DNA of 28,941 bases, from the NCBI GenBank assembly GCA_036521135.1, contig DATDII010000192.1, positions 1 through 28,941 of the forward strand, written 5' to 3'. The stretch is from Candidatus Dormiibacterota bacterium (GTDB lineage Bacteria > Chloroflexota > Dormibacteria > Aeolococcales > Bog-877). A program made the position numbers and the translations under genes. Below, piece after piece: positions 6,331 through 15,062 of this stretch (the first letter of the stretch is position 1; each line of letters opens with the position of its first letter). Under the pieces are notes generated by a model, which did no database searches, was not told the DNA's origin, and saw only the letters and a list, made by a program, of their open reading frames with translations.

Positions 6331-7206
6331 TCAGCGGGCAAGCGCTCCCGGGACTCGGCGCACGGTGAGAACCTGGTAGCGCTCGCGAAACTCGGCCAGC
6401 GGCTCGCGGCGGACCTCATGGCACTCGCTGCAGGCGTGGACCACCTCATCCCCTCCCAGGTAGATGGCGATGTGGCTGGTCCGCCGCGGCCCCCGGTGCA
6501 CGGCGCAGATGAGGTCGGCCTCGCGGAGGCCGGCGATGCGGATCCGTTCCCCGACCTGGCGCTGGGCCCGGCTGTTGCGGGGAAGCAGGACTCCCGCCGC
6601 CAGGTAGGCGCGCCAGACCAGGCCCGAGCAGTCCACTCCCTGACCACCGGTGCCGCCGAACACGTAGGGCCGGCCGAGCAGGGCGAGCGCGGTTGCCCGG
6701 ACCGACTCGATCGGCCAGCCCGATTCGGGCACGGCCAGGACGCCCGGATCCGCCTCGGCAAGGGCCGGGCCCCAGCGGAAGCGGGCGGAGCGCCCCACCC
6801 ATCCGACCGCCTGGCCTGGGGCCCGGACCAGGAACTGGCCCTCCCGGACCGCCAGCAGGGCGGCGGGCGGGTCGCCGGGCAGGAGCTGGGTGGTGAGCTC
6901 GGCAGGCTCGGTGTCGCCATCCGGGCGGTGGCGCCAGACGTCGAGCGGCGGACCGTCGGGGTAGAGGGCGAGGCGAGCCCGGCGCTCTGCCAGGACCAGC
7001 AGCGAGCAGCGGGCACCGGGCCAGATCGCCTCCAGGCGGGTCCGGAACTCAACCGCCTGGGAGGGCAGCGCGACCGTGCCCCGCCAGCCGTCGCCCGCCC
7101 GGCCCACCTCGATCAGGGCCTCGCCGTAGCGGAGCGTGGCCGCCGCCCGGAGCCGTTCGATCTCCGAGGCCACCGCGGAGACGAGATCGGCCGGGGTCGG
7201 GCTCAA
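6331..7206 (-). CDS. NlpC/P60 (C40) peptidase with N-terminal SH3-like domain, YkfC-like
   Basis: LLGRPYVFGG…DCSGLV (Cys), SHIAIY (His), VVHA (His), and an SH3b-like ELTTQLL…VGWV. TTG 7206 overlaps the upstream TGA (TTGA). No signal peptide is evident. Confidence 0.88.
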   Translation of the reverse strand: MSPTPADLVSAVASEIERLRAAATLRYGEALIEVGRAGDGWRGTVALPSQAVEFRTRLEAIWPGARCSLLVLAERRARLALYPDGPPLDVWRHRPDGDTEPAELTTQLLPGDPPAALLAVREGQFLVRAPGQAVGWVGRSARFRWGPALAEADPGVLAVPESGWPIESVRATALALLGRPYVFGGTGGQGVDCSGLVWRAYLAAGVLLPRNSRAQRQVGERIRIAGLREADLICAVHRGPRRTSHIAIYLGGDEVVHACSECHEVRREPLAEFRERYQVLTVRRVPGALAR

Positions 7207-8078
7207 CTGTCCCCGGCTCCGAAGAGGCGGCGCCAGCCCGACTGGGCGGTCGGCCGGCCCTCGGCCGGGTGGAGCTCCAAGCCCAGCCCGTCGGTCGTGA
7301 GCAGGACGGGGCTGAGCGGGAAGCTGGCCAGGCGGTAGAGCCGGCGCGCCAGCTCCAGCATCGGCTTGGGTTCCGCGGCCTCGCCCACGGCCGCCACCAC
7401 CATGGCCCGGTCGGGGGCGGCGATGGCCGCCCGGCCGCCGCCGAGCTGGCCCAGGCGCGCCAGGAACGCGGGCACCAGGAGCAGGCTGCTCGAGAAGAGG
7501 GCGTCGTCGGTGAAGAGCCAGGTCCGGTCCTTGGGATTCTGGTCCAGGACCGAGCCCCAGCGGGTCAGCCGAAGGCAGGTGTTGTAGTCGGCGTGCTGGG
7601 CCAGCTCGGAGGCGCTGAGACCGCCCGCCTCGGCCTCCGCCCGCGAGACTCCCCGCATCGCCTCGCCCGGGAGCGTCTCGGCGACGAAGGCGAGCAGACC
7701 GCCGGGAAGCTCCCTGGTGGCCAGCTCGGCGTAGCGGCGGTAGCGGCGGATGCTGCGCTCGGTCCTGACGCACCAGACCAGGCCGCCCGGGTCGGGCGCA
7801 GCCTGGGCCCGTTCGGGATGGGCCTCGGCCCCGCTCAGGCGGGGCCCGACCCCGGTCACAAAACGCGAGATTTGCTCGGGAACTGACACCTCGGGACGGT
7901 TGACCTCAGCGAACAGAGAGTCGAGCGAGAGCGACACCTGACAGCGCTCCTTGGCGGCGATGACGCCGAACCCCTCGGCCGCCGCCTGGAAACCCCAGTC
8001 CGAGTACCGTGCCCGGAGCTGGGTCAGGAGCCGCTCCTGAAACTCGCGCCGGGCCGATCCTAGTCGCGGGCCGGCCAC
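7203..8078 (-). CDS. Hypothetical protein, DUF1444 (YtpQ)-like
   Basis: C-terminal DDALFSSSLLL…FL…AIAAPDR…FPLSP resembles the DUF1444 pattern. The stop is coupled to the NlpC/P60 start. Family call by eye. Confidence 0.55.
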   Translation of the reverse strand: MAGPRLGSARREFQERLLTQLRARYSDWGFQAAAEGFGVIAAKERCQVSLSLDSLFAEVNRPEVSVPEQISRFVTGVGPRLSGAEAHPERAQAAPDPGGLVWCVRTERSIRRYRRYAELATRELPGGLLAFVAETLPGEAMRGVSRAEAEAGGLSASELAQHADYNTCLRLTRWGSVLDQNPKDRTWLFTDDALFSSSLLLVPAFLARLGQLGGGRAAIAAPDRAMVVAAVGEAAEPKPMLELARRLYRLASFPLSPVLLTTDGLGLELHPAEGRPTAQSGWRRLFGAGDS

Positions 8079-8277
8079 GGTTCAGCCGGCCCCAGCCCGG
8101 TCGCCGATTGCCTCGGCGCCGGGGAGCGGGCGGACTGCGGGGGTGTCGCCTGGGGAGCGCGAGAAATCCATGGAGATACCGGGCAACTGTCTCACTGATT
8201 GGCTGGCGGCGGTGGCTTTTTGATCAACGGGCAACCGTATCGCCTCCGAGCCGTCCTCCCCCGGCACCGGTCCTCGG

Positions 8278-10266
8278 CTAGGTCCGGCTCTGGCGGCTGG
8301 CCACGTAGTCCACCAGGACGTAGTCACCGAGGCGGTCGGGACTGACGAAGAAGGCCCGGCCGCGGTTCTGTCGGGTCATCTGCTTGATGAACTGAACCAG
8401 GTACTGGTTGCTCTCCAACATGAAGGTGTTGATCACGATTCCGTCGCGGGTGCAGTGACGCACCTCCTGGAGCGTCTTTTGGAAGGTCTCCGGCAGGGGC
8501 GGGTACATAAAGACCGCGTGCGCGCCCTCCATGTGCGCGGTTGGCTCGCCATCGCTGACGATGATGACCTGGCGGTTGCCGACGCGGTGGCGATGGAGCA
8601 GGCGCCGCGCCAGCATCAGGCCGTGCTGCATGTTGGTGCCGTAGACGTACTCGCTGTAGGAGAGTTGCGCCAGCAGCGCCGGGCTGATCTCGCGCGCGTA
8701 ATCGGAGAATCCGACCACGTAGAGGGTGTCTCGGGGAAACTGGGTCCGGATCAGAGAATCCAGCGCCAGAGCCATTTTCTTGGCGGCGTAGAAGTAGCCC
8801 CGCAACGGCATGCTCCGGCTCATGTCGAGCATGAGAACGGTGCTGGTCTGCACGCTCCGCTCGGGTTCGCGGACCTCGAAGTCGGAGACGGCGAGACGGA
8901 GCGGGCGGCTGCCGTCGCTGTGACGGACGGCGTTCATCAGGGTGCGCTCGACGTCGAGGTTGAAGGCGTCGCCGAACTGGTAGGGCTTGCTGTAGTCGCC
9001 CAGCTCTGAGCCACTGCCGGCAGTCCCCTGGCGATGGCTGCCGAAGCCGTCGGCGGAGAGGTGCTGAAAGATGTCCGCCAGGGCCTTCTGGCCGATCTTG
9101 CGAACCCCCTGGGGGGTGAGCTCGAGCCCGGCCGGGTCGCGCCGGAGCTGGCCCTTGGCCTCCAGCTCCTTGACCAGCTCCTGGATCTGGGCGAGGCTGG
9201 CAGCCGACTCCGGACCCAGGCTCTCCGCCATCTGCTCCAGGAGCTCGCCCGGCAGCTCGACCCCGGCGTAGGCCTGGCGGACGCCCCGCTCGAGGGAGTC
9301 CAGCTGCTGCAGCTCCCCCATCACGTCGAGCGCCCCGGGGAGGTCGAGCTCCTCCCCGCCGAAGAAGGGAAACCGGGTGCCGGCGGTGGGCTGGGGCGAG
9401 ACCTGGCCAAGGAGCCGGGAGAGCTCAGCCAGCTGGGCCTGGAGCTCCTCGTCGTTGAGGCTGGCGCGCATGATCTCCTGGAGTTGCTGGCGCGTCTCCC
9501 GCGACGCCGACTCCAGCAGCGAGTTCAGCTCGGCCATCTGCTGGCGGAGCTGCTCGATGAAGCCCTCGAGGTCGTCCGGGTGGTCGGGGAAGTAGCTGCC
9601 CCAGCGCTCCATGAACTCCTGGTAGCCGGGGGGCTCACCCCGCTGCTGGCGCTGGAGCATCTGGTTGAGGTCGGAGACCATCTCCCTGAGCCGGCCCAGG
9701 TCCCGCTGATCGAGGGACTGGACCGCCTGGCCGAGGTCCTGGAAGTGGCGCTCGACCAGGCTCTGGCGCAGCTCGGCGAGGAGGTCCTGGAACTCCTGGC
9801 GCGCCTGCTGGTCGAGGAACTCGTAGTCCTGGAGGGCCCGGATCGCCGACCCCGCCTCGGGAGGGAGGCTGTCCAGCTGCTCGAGCCGAGCCCGGGTGAG
9901 CCGCTCGATCAGGCGCTCGCGGTCGGTGCCCGCAGCCGAGCTGGCTCGCTCGCCAAGCGTCTGGCGCTCCTTCTGGAGGATTCGGTCGAGGCGCTCCTCC
10001 AGGTCGCGGAAGAGGCCGTCGAGGTTGTAGCGCTCGAGCTTCTCCTGGCGCTGCTGGCGGAGCTGCTCGAGGACTTCCTCGAGGCCCCGGAGCTGGCGCC
10101 CCTGGCTGTCCTTGAACCCCTGGCTGAGCAGGCGCCGGAGCGCGGACTCGAAGTCCCAGCCGTGGAAGACGTCCTCGGCCAGGCGGGCGAAGAGCTCGCT
10201 GGGGTCGGGGAGATCCCCGGCCTGGCTGCCGTCCCAGCGGCTGTAGCGGAGCCGGACAGCGGCCAC
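8278..10266 (-). CDS. von Willebrand factor A domain protein (Rv0959-like)
   Basis: N-terminal RYSRWDGSQ, a long coiled-coil region, and MIDAS DMSRS, GTNMQHGL, IVSDGEPTAH. Confidence 0.88.
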   Translation of the reverse strand: MAAVRLRYSRWDGSQAGDLPDPSELFARLAEDVFHGWDFESALRRLLSQGFKDSQGRQLRGLEEVLEQLRQQRQEKLERYNLDGLFRDLEERLDRILQKERQTLGERASSAAGTDRERLIERLTRARLEQLDSLPPEAGSAIRALQDYEFLDQQARQEFQDLLAELRQSLVERHFQDLGQAVQSLDQRDLGRLREMVSDLNQMLQRQQRGEPPGYQEFMERWGSYFPDHPDDLEGFIEQLRQQMAELNSLLESASRETRQQLQEIMRASLNDEELQAQLAELSRLLGQVSPQPTAGTRFPFFGGEELDLPGALDVMGELQQLDSLERGVRQAYAGVELPGELLEQMAESLGPESAASLAQIQELVKELEAKGQLRRDPAGLELTPQGVRKIGQKALADIFQHLSADGFGSHRQGTAGSGSELGDYSKPYQFGDAFNLDVERTLMNAVRHSDGSRPLRLAVSDFEVREPERSVQTSTVLMLDMSRSMPLRGYFYAAKKMALALDSLIRTQFPRDTLYVVGFSDYAREISPALLAQLSYSEYVYGTNMQHGLMLARRLLHRHRVGNRQVIIVSDGEPTAHMEGAHAVFMYPPLPETFQKTLQEVRHCTRDGIVINTFMLESNQYLVQFIKQMTRQNRGRAFFVSPDRLGDYVLVDYVASRQSRT

Positions 10267-10276
10267 CGCGGCTTGC

Positions 10277-11671
10277 CTAGCTGCCGTAGACGGCGGTGCC
10301 GTCGACCTGGGCCTTGTTCAGCCGCTTGGCCAGGTGGAGCCCCTCCAGGACCAGCTCGAGGGCGGCGGCCACCGAGCCCGGCTGCTGGGGCTCGTCGAGG
10401 TCGCTGAGGATCCGCTTCATCTCGGGGATGCCGTCGGCGAGCTGGAGGTAGCGGGCCGCCTCGACCATCTCGCCCACCTCGATGGTCAGGCCCTGCTCAA
10501 AGCGCGCCAGCATCGGGGCGAACTCCTGGAGGGCGAAGTGGCGCCGGAAGACGTTGCCGGTGGCGCTGCGGAGCAGCTTCTCGAGGACCGCCTGGTCCTC
10601 GCCCTCCTCCCAGGTCTCGAGCTCGAGCTTCCCGAGCGTCGAGGCGGAGAGGGCGCTCAGGTCGCTGAGCCGGGGCACCGCCTCGGGCTCCCCCAGGCTG
10701 ATCGTCCGGCGGACGGCGTTGGCGCAGAGGCTCTCGAAGTTGGCGATCGAGAGCCGGACCGAGACCCCCGAGCGCTGGTTGATCTGGGTGGTCCGCCGGG
10801 CCAGCTGGGAGATCTCGGCCACCAGCTCGAGCATGTACTGGGGAACGTGGACCGGGATGCCCAGGCCGGCGAACTGGTCCCGCTCCTGCTCGATGATCTC
10901 GGCCTCGGCCTCAGGCGACCGCGGGTAGTGGGTTCGGATCTGGGCGCCGAAGCGGTCCTTGAGCGGGGTGATGATCCGCCCCCGGTTGGTGTAGTCCTCG
11001 GGGTTGGCGGTGGCCACGACCAGGACGTCGAGGGGGAGGCGCACCTGGAAGCCACGGATCTGGACGTCCCGCTCCTCCATGATGTTGAGCAGGCCCACCT
11101 GGATCCGCTCGGCCAGATCGGGGAGCTCGTTGATCGCGAAGATGCCCCGGTTGACCCGGGGAAGCAGGCCGTAGTGGATGGTGAGCTCGTCGGCCAGGTA
11201 GCGGCCCTCGGCGACCCGGATCGGGTCGACCTCGCCGATCAGGTCGGCGATGGACGTGTCGGGGGTCGCCAGCTTCTCCCCGAAGCGGTCCTGGCGCCCG
11301 ATCCACCCGACCGGCGTCTCGTCGCCCAGCTCGGCGACCAGGTCGCGGCCGAACCGGCTGATCGGGGCGTAGGGGTGGTCATGGACCTCGCTGCCTCGGA
11401 TGACCGGGATCTGCTCGTCGAGGAGCTCGGCTAGGGCGCGGATCAGCCGCGACTTGGCCTGACCCCGCTCGCCCAGGAAAACGATGTCCTGGCCCGCCAG
11501 GATCGCGTTCTCGATCTGGGGCAGCACCGTGTCCTGGTAGCCGACCAGGCCCGAGAAGCGCTCCCGACCCTGGCGCAGTGCCTCGACCAGGTTGTCCCGC
11601 AGCTCCTCCCGGACCGAGCGCATCCGGTACTCGCTGCCCCGCAATTCACCGAGGGTGCTGGGAAGTGCCAA
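10277..11671 (-). CDS. ChlI/Mg-chelatase-like AAA+ ATPase (Rv0958-like)
   Basis: Walker A-like GERGQAKS, NRGIFAINELPDL, ATANPEDYTNRGRIITPLKDRFG. Directly upstream of the vWA gene. Confidence 0.9.
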   Translation of the reverse strand: MALPSTLGELRGSEYRMRSVREELRDNLVEALRQGRERFSGLVGYQDTVLPQIENAILAGQDIVFLGERGQAKSRLIRALAELLDEQIPVIRGSEVHDHPYAPISRFGRDLVAELGDETPVGWIGRQDRFGEKLATPDTSIADLIGEVDPIRVAEGRYLADELTIHYGLLPRVNRGIFAINELPDLAERIQVGLLNIMEERDVQIRGFQVRLPLDVLVVATANPEDYTNRGRIITPLKDRFGAQIRTHYPRSPEAEAEIIEQERDQFAGLGIPVHVPQYMLELVAEISQLARRTTQINQRSGVSVRLSIANFESLCANAVRRTISLGEPEAVPRLSDLSALSASTLGKLELETWEEGEDQAVLEKLLRSATGNVFRRHFALQEFAPMLARFEQGLTIEVGEMVEAARYLQLADGIPEMKRILSDLDEPQQPGSVAAALELVLEGLHLAKRLNKAQVDGTAVYGS

Positions 11672-11710
11672 CTAGATCCCAGCCCCACCACCAAGGCGCA
11701 CCACTTGCCA

Positions 11711-11716
11711 ACTATA
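11711..11716 (-). promoter_or_regulatory. Putative -10 box (TATAGT) for the AAA+/vWA operon
   Basis: Near-consensus hexamer in the divergent intergenic region, 40 nt upstream of TTG 11671. Confidence 0.45.
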
Positions 11717-11813
11717 GACAGGCGCCAGCAAAGGGGCGGGATGGGAGAGCGAGCTTGGCCCAGGGCCACCAAGGCCCCTCGCCTCGGCGCCCGATCCCCC
11801 AAGCTATGCCGCC

Positions 11814-12614
11814 ATGGACGCCACTTCCGAAGAGCGAGCCGGCCATGCCGGCTCCGCCTATGGGGAGCATCGCCAGGCGGCCGCCGACCAGGCCGGCTAC
11901 ACCGTCCGCTTCGGCTGGGGCCCGGTCGGCGCCGCGGTCCTGGCCCCCGGGTCGGACGTGATCATCGTGGTCGATGTGATCACCTTCTCGACCGCGGTCG
12001 CGGTGGCGGTCGAGCGGGGTTGCCTCGTCTACCCCCACGCCTGGGACCCGGTCGCGGCCCGGGCCAGGGCCGAGGAGCTGGGGGCGCGGGTGGCGGTGAG
12101 CCGCTCCGCCGTGTCGGAGCAGGAGCCCTACTCCCTCTCACCGGGGTCGCTGAGCCGGGCGCCGGCGGGCCAGGCCCTGGTGCTGCCCTCGCCCAATGGC
12201 TCGGCGATCTCGGCCGAGCTGGCGCCGGGACCAGCGCTGGTGCTGGCCGGGTCGCTGCGCAACGCCTTCGCTGTTGCCCGGCTGGCCCGGCGCCAGGGCC
12301 AGGTGATCTCGATAGTCGCGGCCGGCGAGCGCTGGGCCGACGGTGGGCTCGACCTGGCCCTGGAGGACATGATCGGGGCCGGCGCGATCATCGACGGGCT
12401 CCGCCGCCGACGCCGTTCACCCGAGGCGGCTGCCGCCGCGGCCGTGTTCCGCCAGGCCCGGCACCAGGGCCTGCGCCAGGTTCTCCGCGAGTGCGTCTCG
12501 GGGCGGGAGATGCGCCGGCGCGACTACGGCGAGGAGCTGGAGTGGGCCTGTGCCCTCAACGTCTCGGCGGTGGTCCCAGTCCTCCGCCAGGGCGCCTTCC
12601 AGGCGGCCGGCTGA
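11814..12614 (+). CDS. 2-phosphosulfolactate phosphatase (ComB) family protein
   Basis: IVVDVITFSTAV, LPSPNGS, AGSLRNA, AAGERW, ALED.IGAGAI. Confidence 0.85.
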   Translation: MDATSEERAGHAGSAYGEHRQAAADQAGYTVRFGWGPVGAAVLAPGSDVIIVVDVITFSTAVAVAVERGCLVYPHAWDPVAARARAEELGARVAVSRSAVSEQEPYSLSPGSLSRAPAGQALVLPSPNGSAISAELAPGPALVLAGSLRNAFAVARLARRQGQVISIVAAGERWADGGLDLALEDMIGAGAIIDGLRRRRRSPEAAAAAAVFRQARHQGLRQVLRECVSGREMRRRDYGEELEWACALNVSAVVPVLRQGAFQAAG

Positions 12615-12731
12615 GGCCAAGGGAGCGCGGATCCCGGGGCGCTCCCGGGTCTGCCATGGCCTCATCGGTTGGTGCATGATGACGATGCCAGGGCGCTTGG
12701 CAACCCGGACCGCGGATCAGGGAGACGGCCA

Positions 12732-13115
12732 ATGACCGACCACGCCCAGGTCCTCAAGGACCTAGCCCCGCCGATTGCCGAGCTGCGCCAGGCGATTCCC
12801 GAGGTCTGGGCCGGTTACACCCAGATGCACCGGGCGGCGATGGCCGACGGTGCCCTCTCCGCCAAGCACAAGGAGCTGACCGCGCTGGCGATCTCGCTGG
12901 TGAAGCGCTGCGACGGCTGTGTCAGCGCCCACGCCCGGGGGGCCGCCCGCCGAGGCGCCACCGCTGGGGAGGTGGCCGAGGCGATCGGGGTCGCGCTCAT
13001 CCTCGACGGCGGCCCAGCCACCGTTTGGGGACCGCGGGCGTTCGAGGCCTACCAGCAATTCGCGAGGGAGATCCAGGCGGCGCCGGCCCCCGATGGGGCC
13101 GGGAGCACTCCCTGA
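12732..13115 (+). CDS. Carboxymuconolactone decarboxylase / AhpD-like protein
   Basis: DGALSAKHKELTALAISL…CDGCVSAH (CxxC…H). ATG 12732 follows a GGGAG SD. Confidence 0.88.
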   Translation: MTDHAQVLKDLAPPIAELRQAIPEVWAGYTQMHRAAMADGALSAKHKELTALAISLVKRCDGCVSAHARGAARRGATAGEVAEAIGVALILDGGPATVWGPRAFEAYQQFAREIQAAPAPDGAGSTP

Positions 13116-13184
13116 CTCAGGGCCCGCACTTGAGGCGGCGGAGCGGGTGTTGATCGCCCAACGGCGGTCGAGAAGGAGGAGAGG

Positions 13185-13586
13185 ATGGCAGGTTTCAAGG
13201 CATTCCTGATCCAGGGGAACCTGGTCCAGATCGCCGTCGCCTTCGTCATGGGCGTCACCTTCGCGACCCTGGTCCAGGCGCTGGTCGGGGACCTGTTCAC
13301 CCCGCTGATCGCCGCCATCATCGGCAAGCCCAACTTCAACCAGCTGAGCTTCACCCTCAACCACTCGATCTTCATGTACGGCGCCGTGATCAGCGCTCTG
13401 ATCACTTTCGTCCTCGTCGCGATCGTCCTCTACTTCGCGGTGGTGCTGCCCTACCAGAAGCTGGTGGGACTCCGTCAGGGCCAGCCTGAGGCCACCACCA
13501 AGCCCTGCCCCGAGTGCCTCAGCGAGATTCCCCTGAAGGCGACCCGATGTGCCTTCTGCACCGCGCTCCAGCCTGCGACCGGCTGA
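13185..13586 (+). CDS. mscL: Large-conductance mechanosensitive channel with C-terminal Cys4 zinc-ribbon-like tail
   Basis: FKAFLIQGNLVQIAVAFVMG, YGAVISALITF; tail CPECLSEIP..ATRCAFCT. Strong SD AAGGAGG. Confidence 0.92.
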   Translation: MAGFKAFLIQGNLVQIAVAFVMGVTFATLVQALVGDLFTPLIAAIIGKPNFNQLSFTLNHSIFMYGAVISALITFVLVAIVLYFAVVLPYQKLVGLRQGQPEATTKPCPECLSEIPLKATRCAFCTALQPATG

Positions 13587-13675
13587 GCCCTCCCAAGGGA
13601 AGAGCTGGCTGAGCCGAGGCTTCCGCCAGAGAACCGCCGGGAGGCCGGTAGGCCCTGGACCAAAGCTGGGGCCGT

Positions 13676-13681
13676 TACCTT
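13676..13681 (+). promoter_or_regulatory. Putative -10 box (TACCTT) of leaderless SIP transcript
   Basis: TANNNT 7 nt before ATG 13689. Confidence 0.5.
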
Positions 13682-13688
13682 AGTTCCG

Positions 13689-14480
13689 ATGCACGGCCAG
13701 GAGAGTGGGGTGGGGGGACGGCCGGCCGCCGTCCCGGCGACCAGGGCCGACCTGCCCATCCCGAGGACGATGTCGCTGGCGGTGGACCGGGTCACCGAGC
13801 TCAGCCCCAGCCTGCGCGAGATCGGGCTAGCCGGGGAGGATCTGCTCGGATTCAAGTTCCTGCCCGGCCAGGACCTCATGCTCCGCCTGCCGCTTGGCCA
13901 CGACGAGGTGGTGAGCCGGCGCTACACCATTCGGCGGGCCGATCCCGCGCTCGGCCGGGCCGAACTCAACGTGGTCATGCACGGCGACGGTCCGGCGGCA
14001 CGCTGGGCCGGCGCCGTCAGCCCGGGAGACCGGCTCGCCGAGGTGGTCGGCCCCCGGGGCAAGATCACCTTGGACAGCTCCGCCGGGTGGCACCTGTTCC
14101 TCGGCGACGAGACCTATATCCCAGGCACCCTGGCCCTCCTGGAAGCGCTGCCCGGCGGAGCCGCCGCCAGAGCCTTCCTCGAGATTCCGAGCGCCGCCGA
14201 CCAGCAGCCGGTGCCCGCAGCCGACGCGATCCGGGTCGAGTGGCTCGTTCGCGGCGATCGGCCTCCGGGCGAGCCCGGCCTCCTTCTCGAGGCGCTCCGC
14301 GGCTGGCAGCAGCCGGAGGGGCTCGGCCACGTCTACATCGCGGCCGAGGTCCGGGTCGCCCTGGCCCTGCGGGACGAGCTGGTTGGGCGGGGACTGGCCC
14401 GAGAGCAGATCTCGGCCAAGGGCTACTGGGACCGACGCCGGGCGAACGCCAGCCGAGGCGAGCCGGACGAGCCCGCATAG
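13689..14480 (+). CDS. Siderophore-interacting protein (ViuB/SIP, FAD-binding)
   Basis: RRYTIRR, HGDGPAARWA…PGD, VGPRG, LGDETYIPG, VYIAAE, KGYW. Confidence 0.88.
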   Translation: MHGQESGVGGRPAAVPATRADLPIPRTMSLAVDRVTELSPSLREIGLAGEDLLGFKFLPGQDLMLRLPLGHDEVVSRRYTIRRADPALGRAELNVVMHGDGPAARWAGAVSPGDRLAEVVGPRGKITLDSSAGWHLFLGDETYIPGTLALLEALPGGAAARAFLEIPSAADQQPVPAADAIRVEWLVRGDRPPGEPGLLLEALRGWQQPEGLGHVYIAAEVRVALALRDELVGRGLAREQISAKGYWDRRRANASRGEPDEPA

Positions 14481-14558
14481 CCGGTCCCGCGTGAGTCCGA
14501 CCCGGGCCAGGGGCCGAGCTGGGGGCGGCGCCCCCGGGCCGGCCGGGGCTCGCCAGCT

Positions 14559-15062
14559 TTGACCCGGGGAGGAGAAGAGCTCCTGGTGTTGGCGGTGGAT
14601 CCCACCGAGTGGGAGAGCCTTCGCGAGATCCGCCTCAAGGCCCTTGCCGACGCCCCTCAGGCGTTCGGCTCCACCCTGGCTCAGGAACTCGCGCGGCCGG
14701 AGGCGGCTTGGCGGGAGAGGGCTGAGCCCAGCGCCGGGGGTTGCACCTGGACCGCCCGCACGGCCAGCGGCTGGGTTGGCCTGGTCGGCGCCTTCGTCAC
14801 CGAGGGACGGGTCCAGCTGGTCTCGATGTGGGTCGCCCCGGGCTGGCGTCGCCGGGGCGTGGCCCGGGCGCTGATCGCCGCCGTCGTGGCCTGGTTCGGG
14901 GAATCCGGTCAGGGTGAGCTCTACCTCCGGGTCGGTGCCGACAACCTGGTCGCCCGCCGCTGCTATGAGGCAGCGGGCTTCCGGCTCGTCGAAACGCCCT
15001 CGACGAGGCCCCGCGGTCCCGGCAGCGAAACGGTCGAGATGACCTGGTCCGATCTCGGCTGA
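14559..15062 (+). CDS. GNAT family N-acetyltransferase
   Basis: LREIRLKALADAPQAFGST, LVSMWVAPGWRRRGVARALI, N..ARRCYEAAGF. Start codon uncertain (TTG 14559 or GTG 14586). Confidence 0.88.
   Translation: MTRGGEELLVLAVDPTEWESLREIRLKALADAPQAFGSTLAQELARPEAAWRERAEPSAGGCTWTARTASGWVGLVGAFVTEGRVQLVSMWVAPGWRRRGVARALIAAVVAWFGESGQGELYLRVGADNLVARRCYEAAGFRLVETPSTRPRGPGSETVEMTWSDLG

Noticed and set aside
6315-7773. Apparent long N-terminal extensions on the MurD-like (758 aa) and NlpC/P60 (480 aa) ORFs; likewise YdbT (606 aa) and cupin (240 aa)
   Set aside because: The extensions are low-complexity alternate frames of the upstream genes or spacers. Better starts are supported by a -10 spacing, a stop/start overlap or an SD (ydbT start remains uncertain). 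These are not fusions.
8082-8327. 81-aa minus-strand ORF in the vWA-DUF1444 spacer
   Set aside because: It starts inside the vWA gene, has no SD and has atypical composition; likely spurious.
11814-12614. comB as evidence of coenzyme M synthesis or a link to F420 phospholactate metabolism
   Set aside because: Stand-alone ComB-family phosphatases are widespread, and no comA/C/D/E or cof genes are nearby.
13587-13688. Possible cobalamin riboswitch (AAGGGAA) or iron box upstream of SIP
   Set aside because: The other cobalamin core elements (GCCCCCGCAACTGT-like) are absent, and there is no DtxR/IdeR or Fur palindrome.
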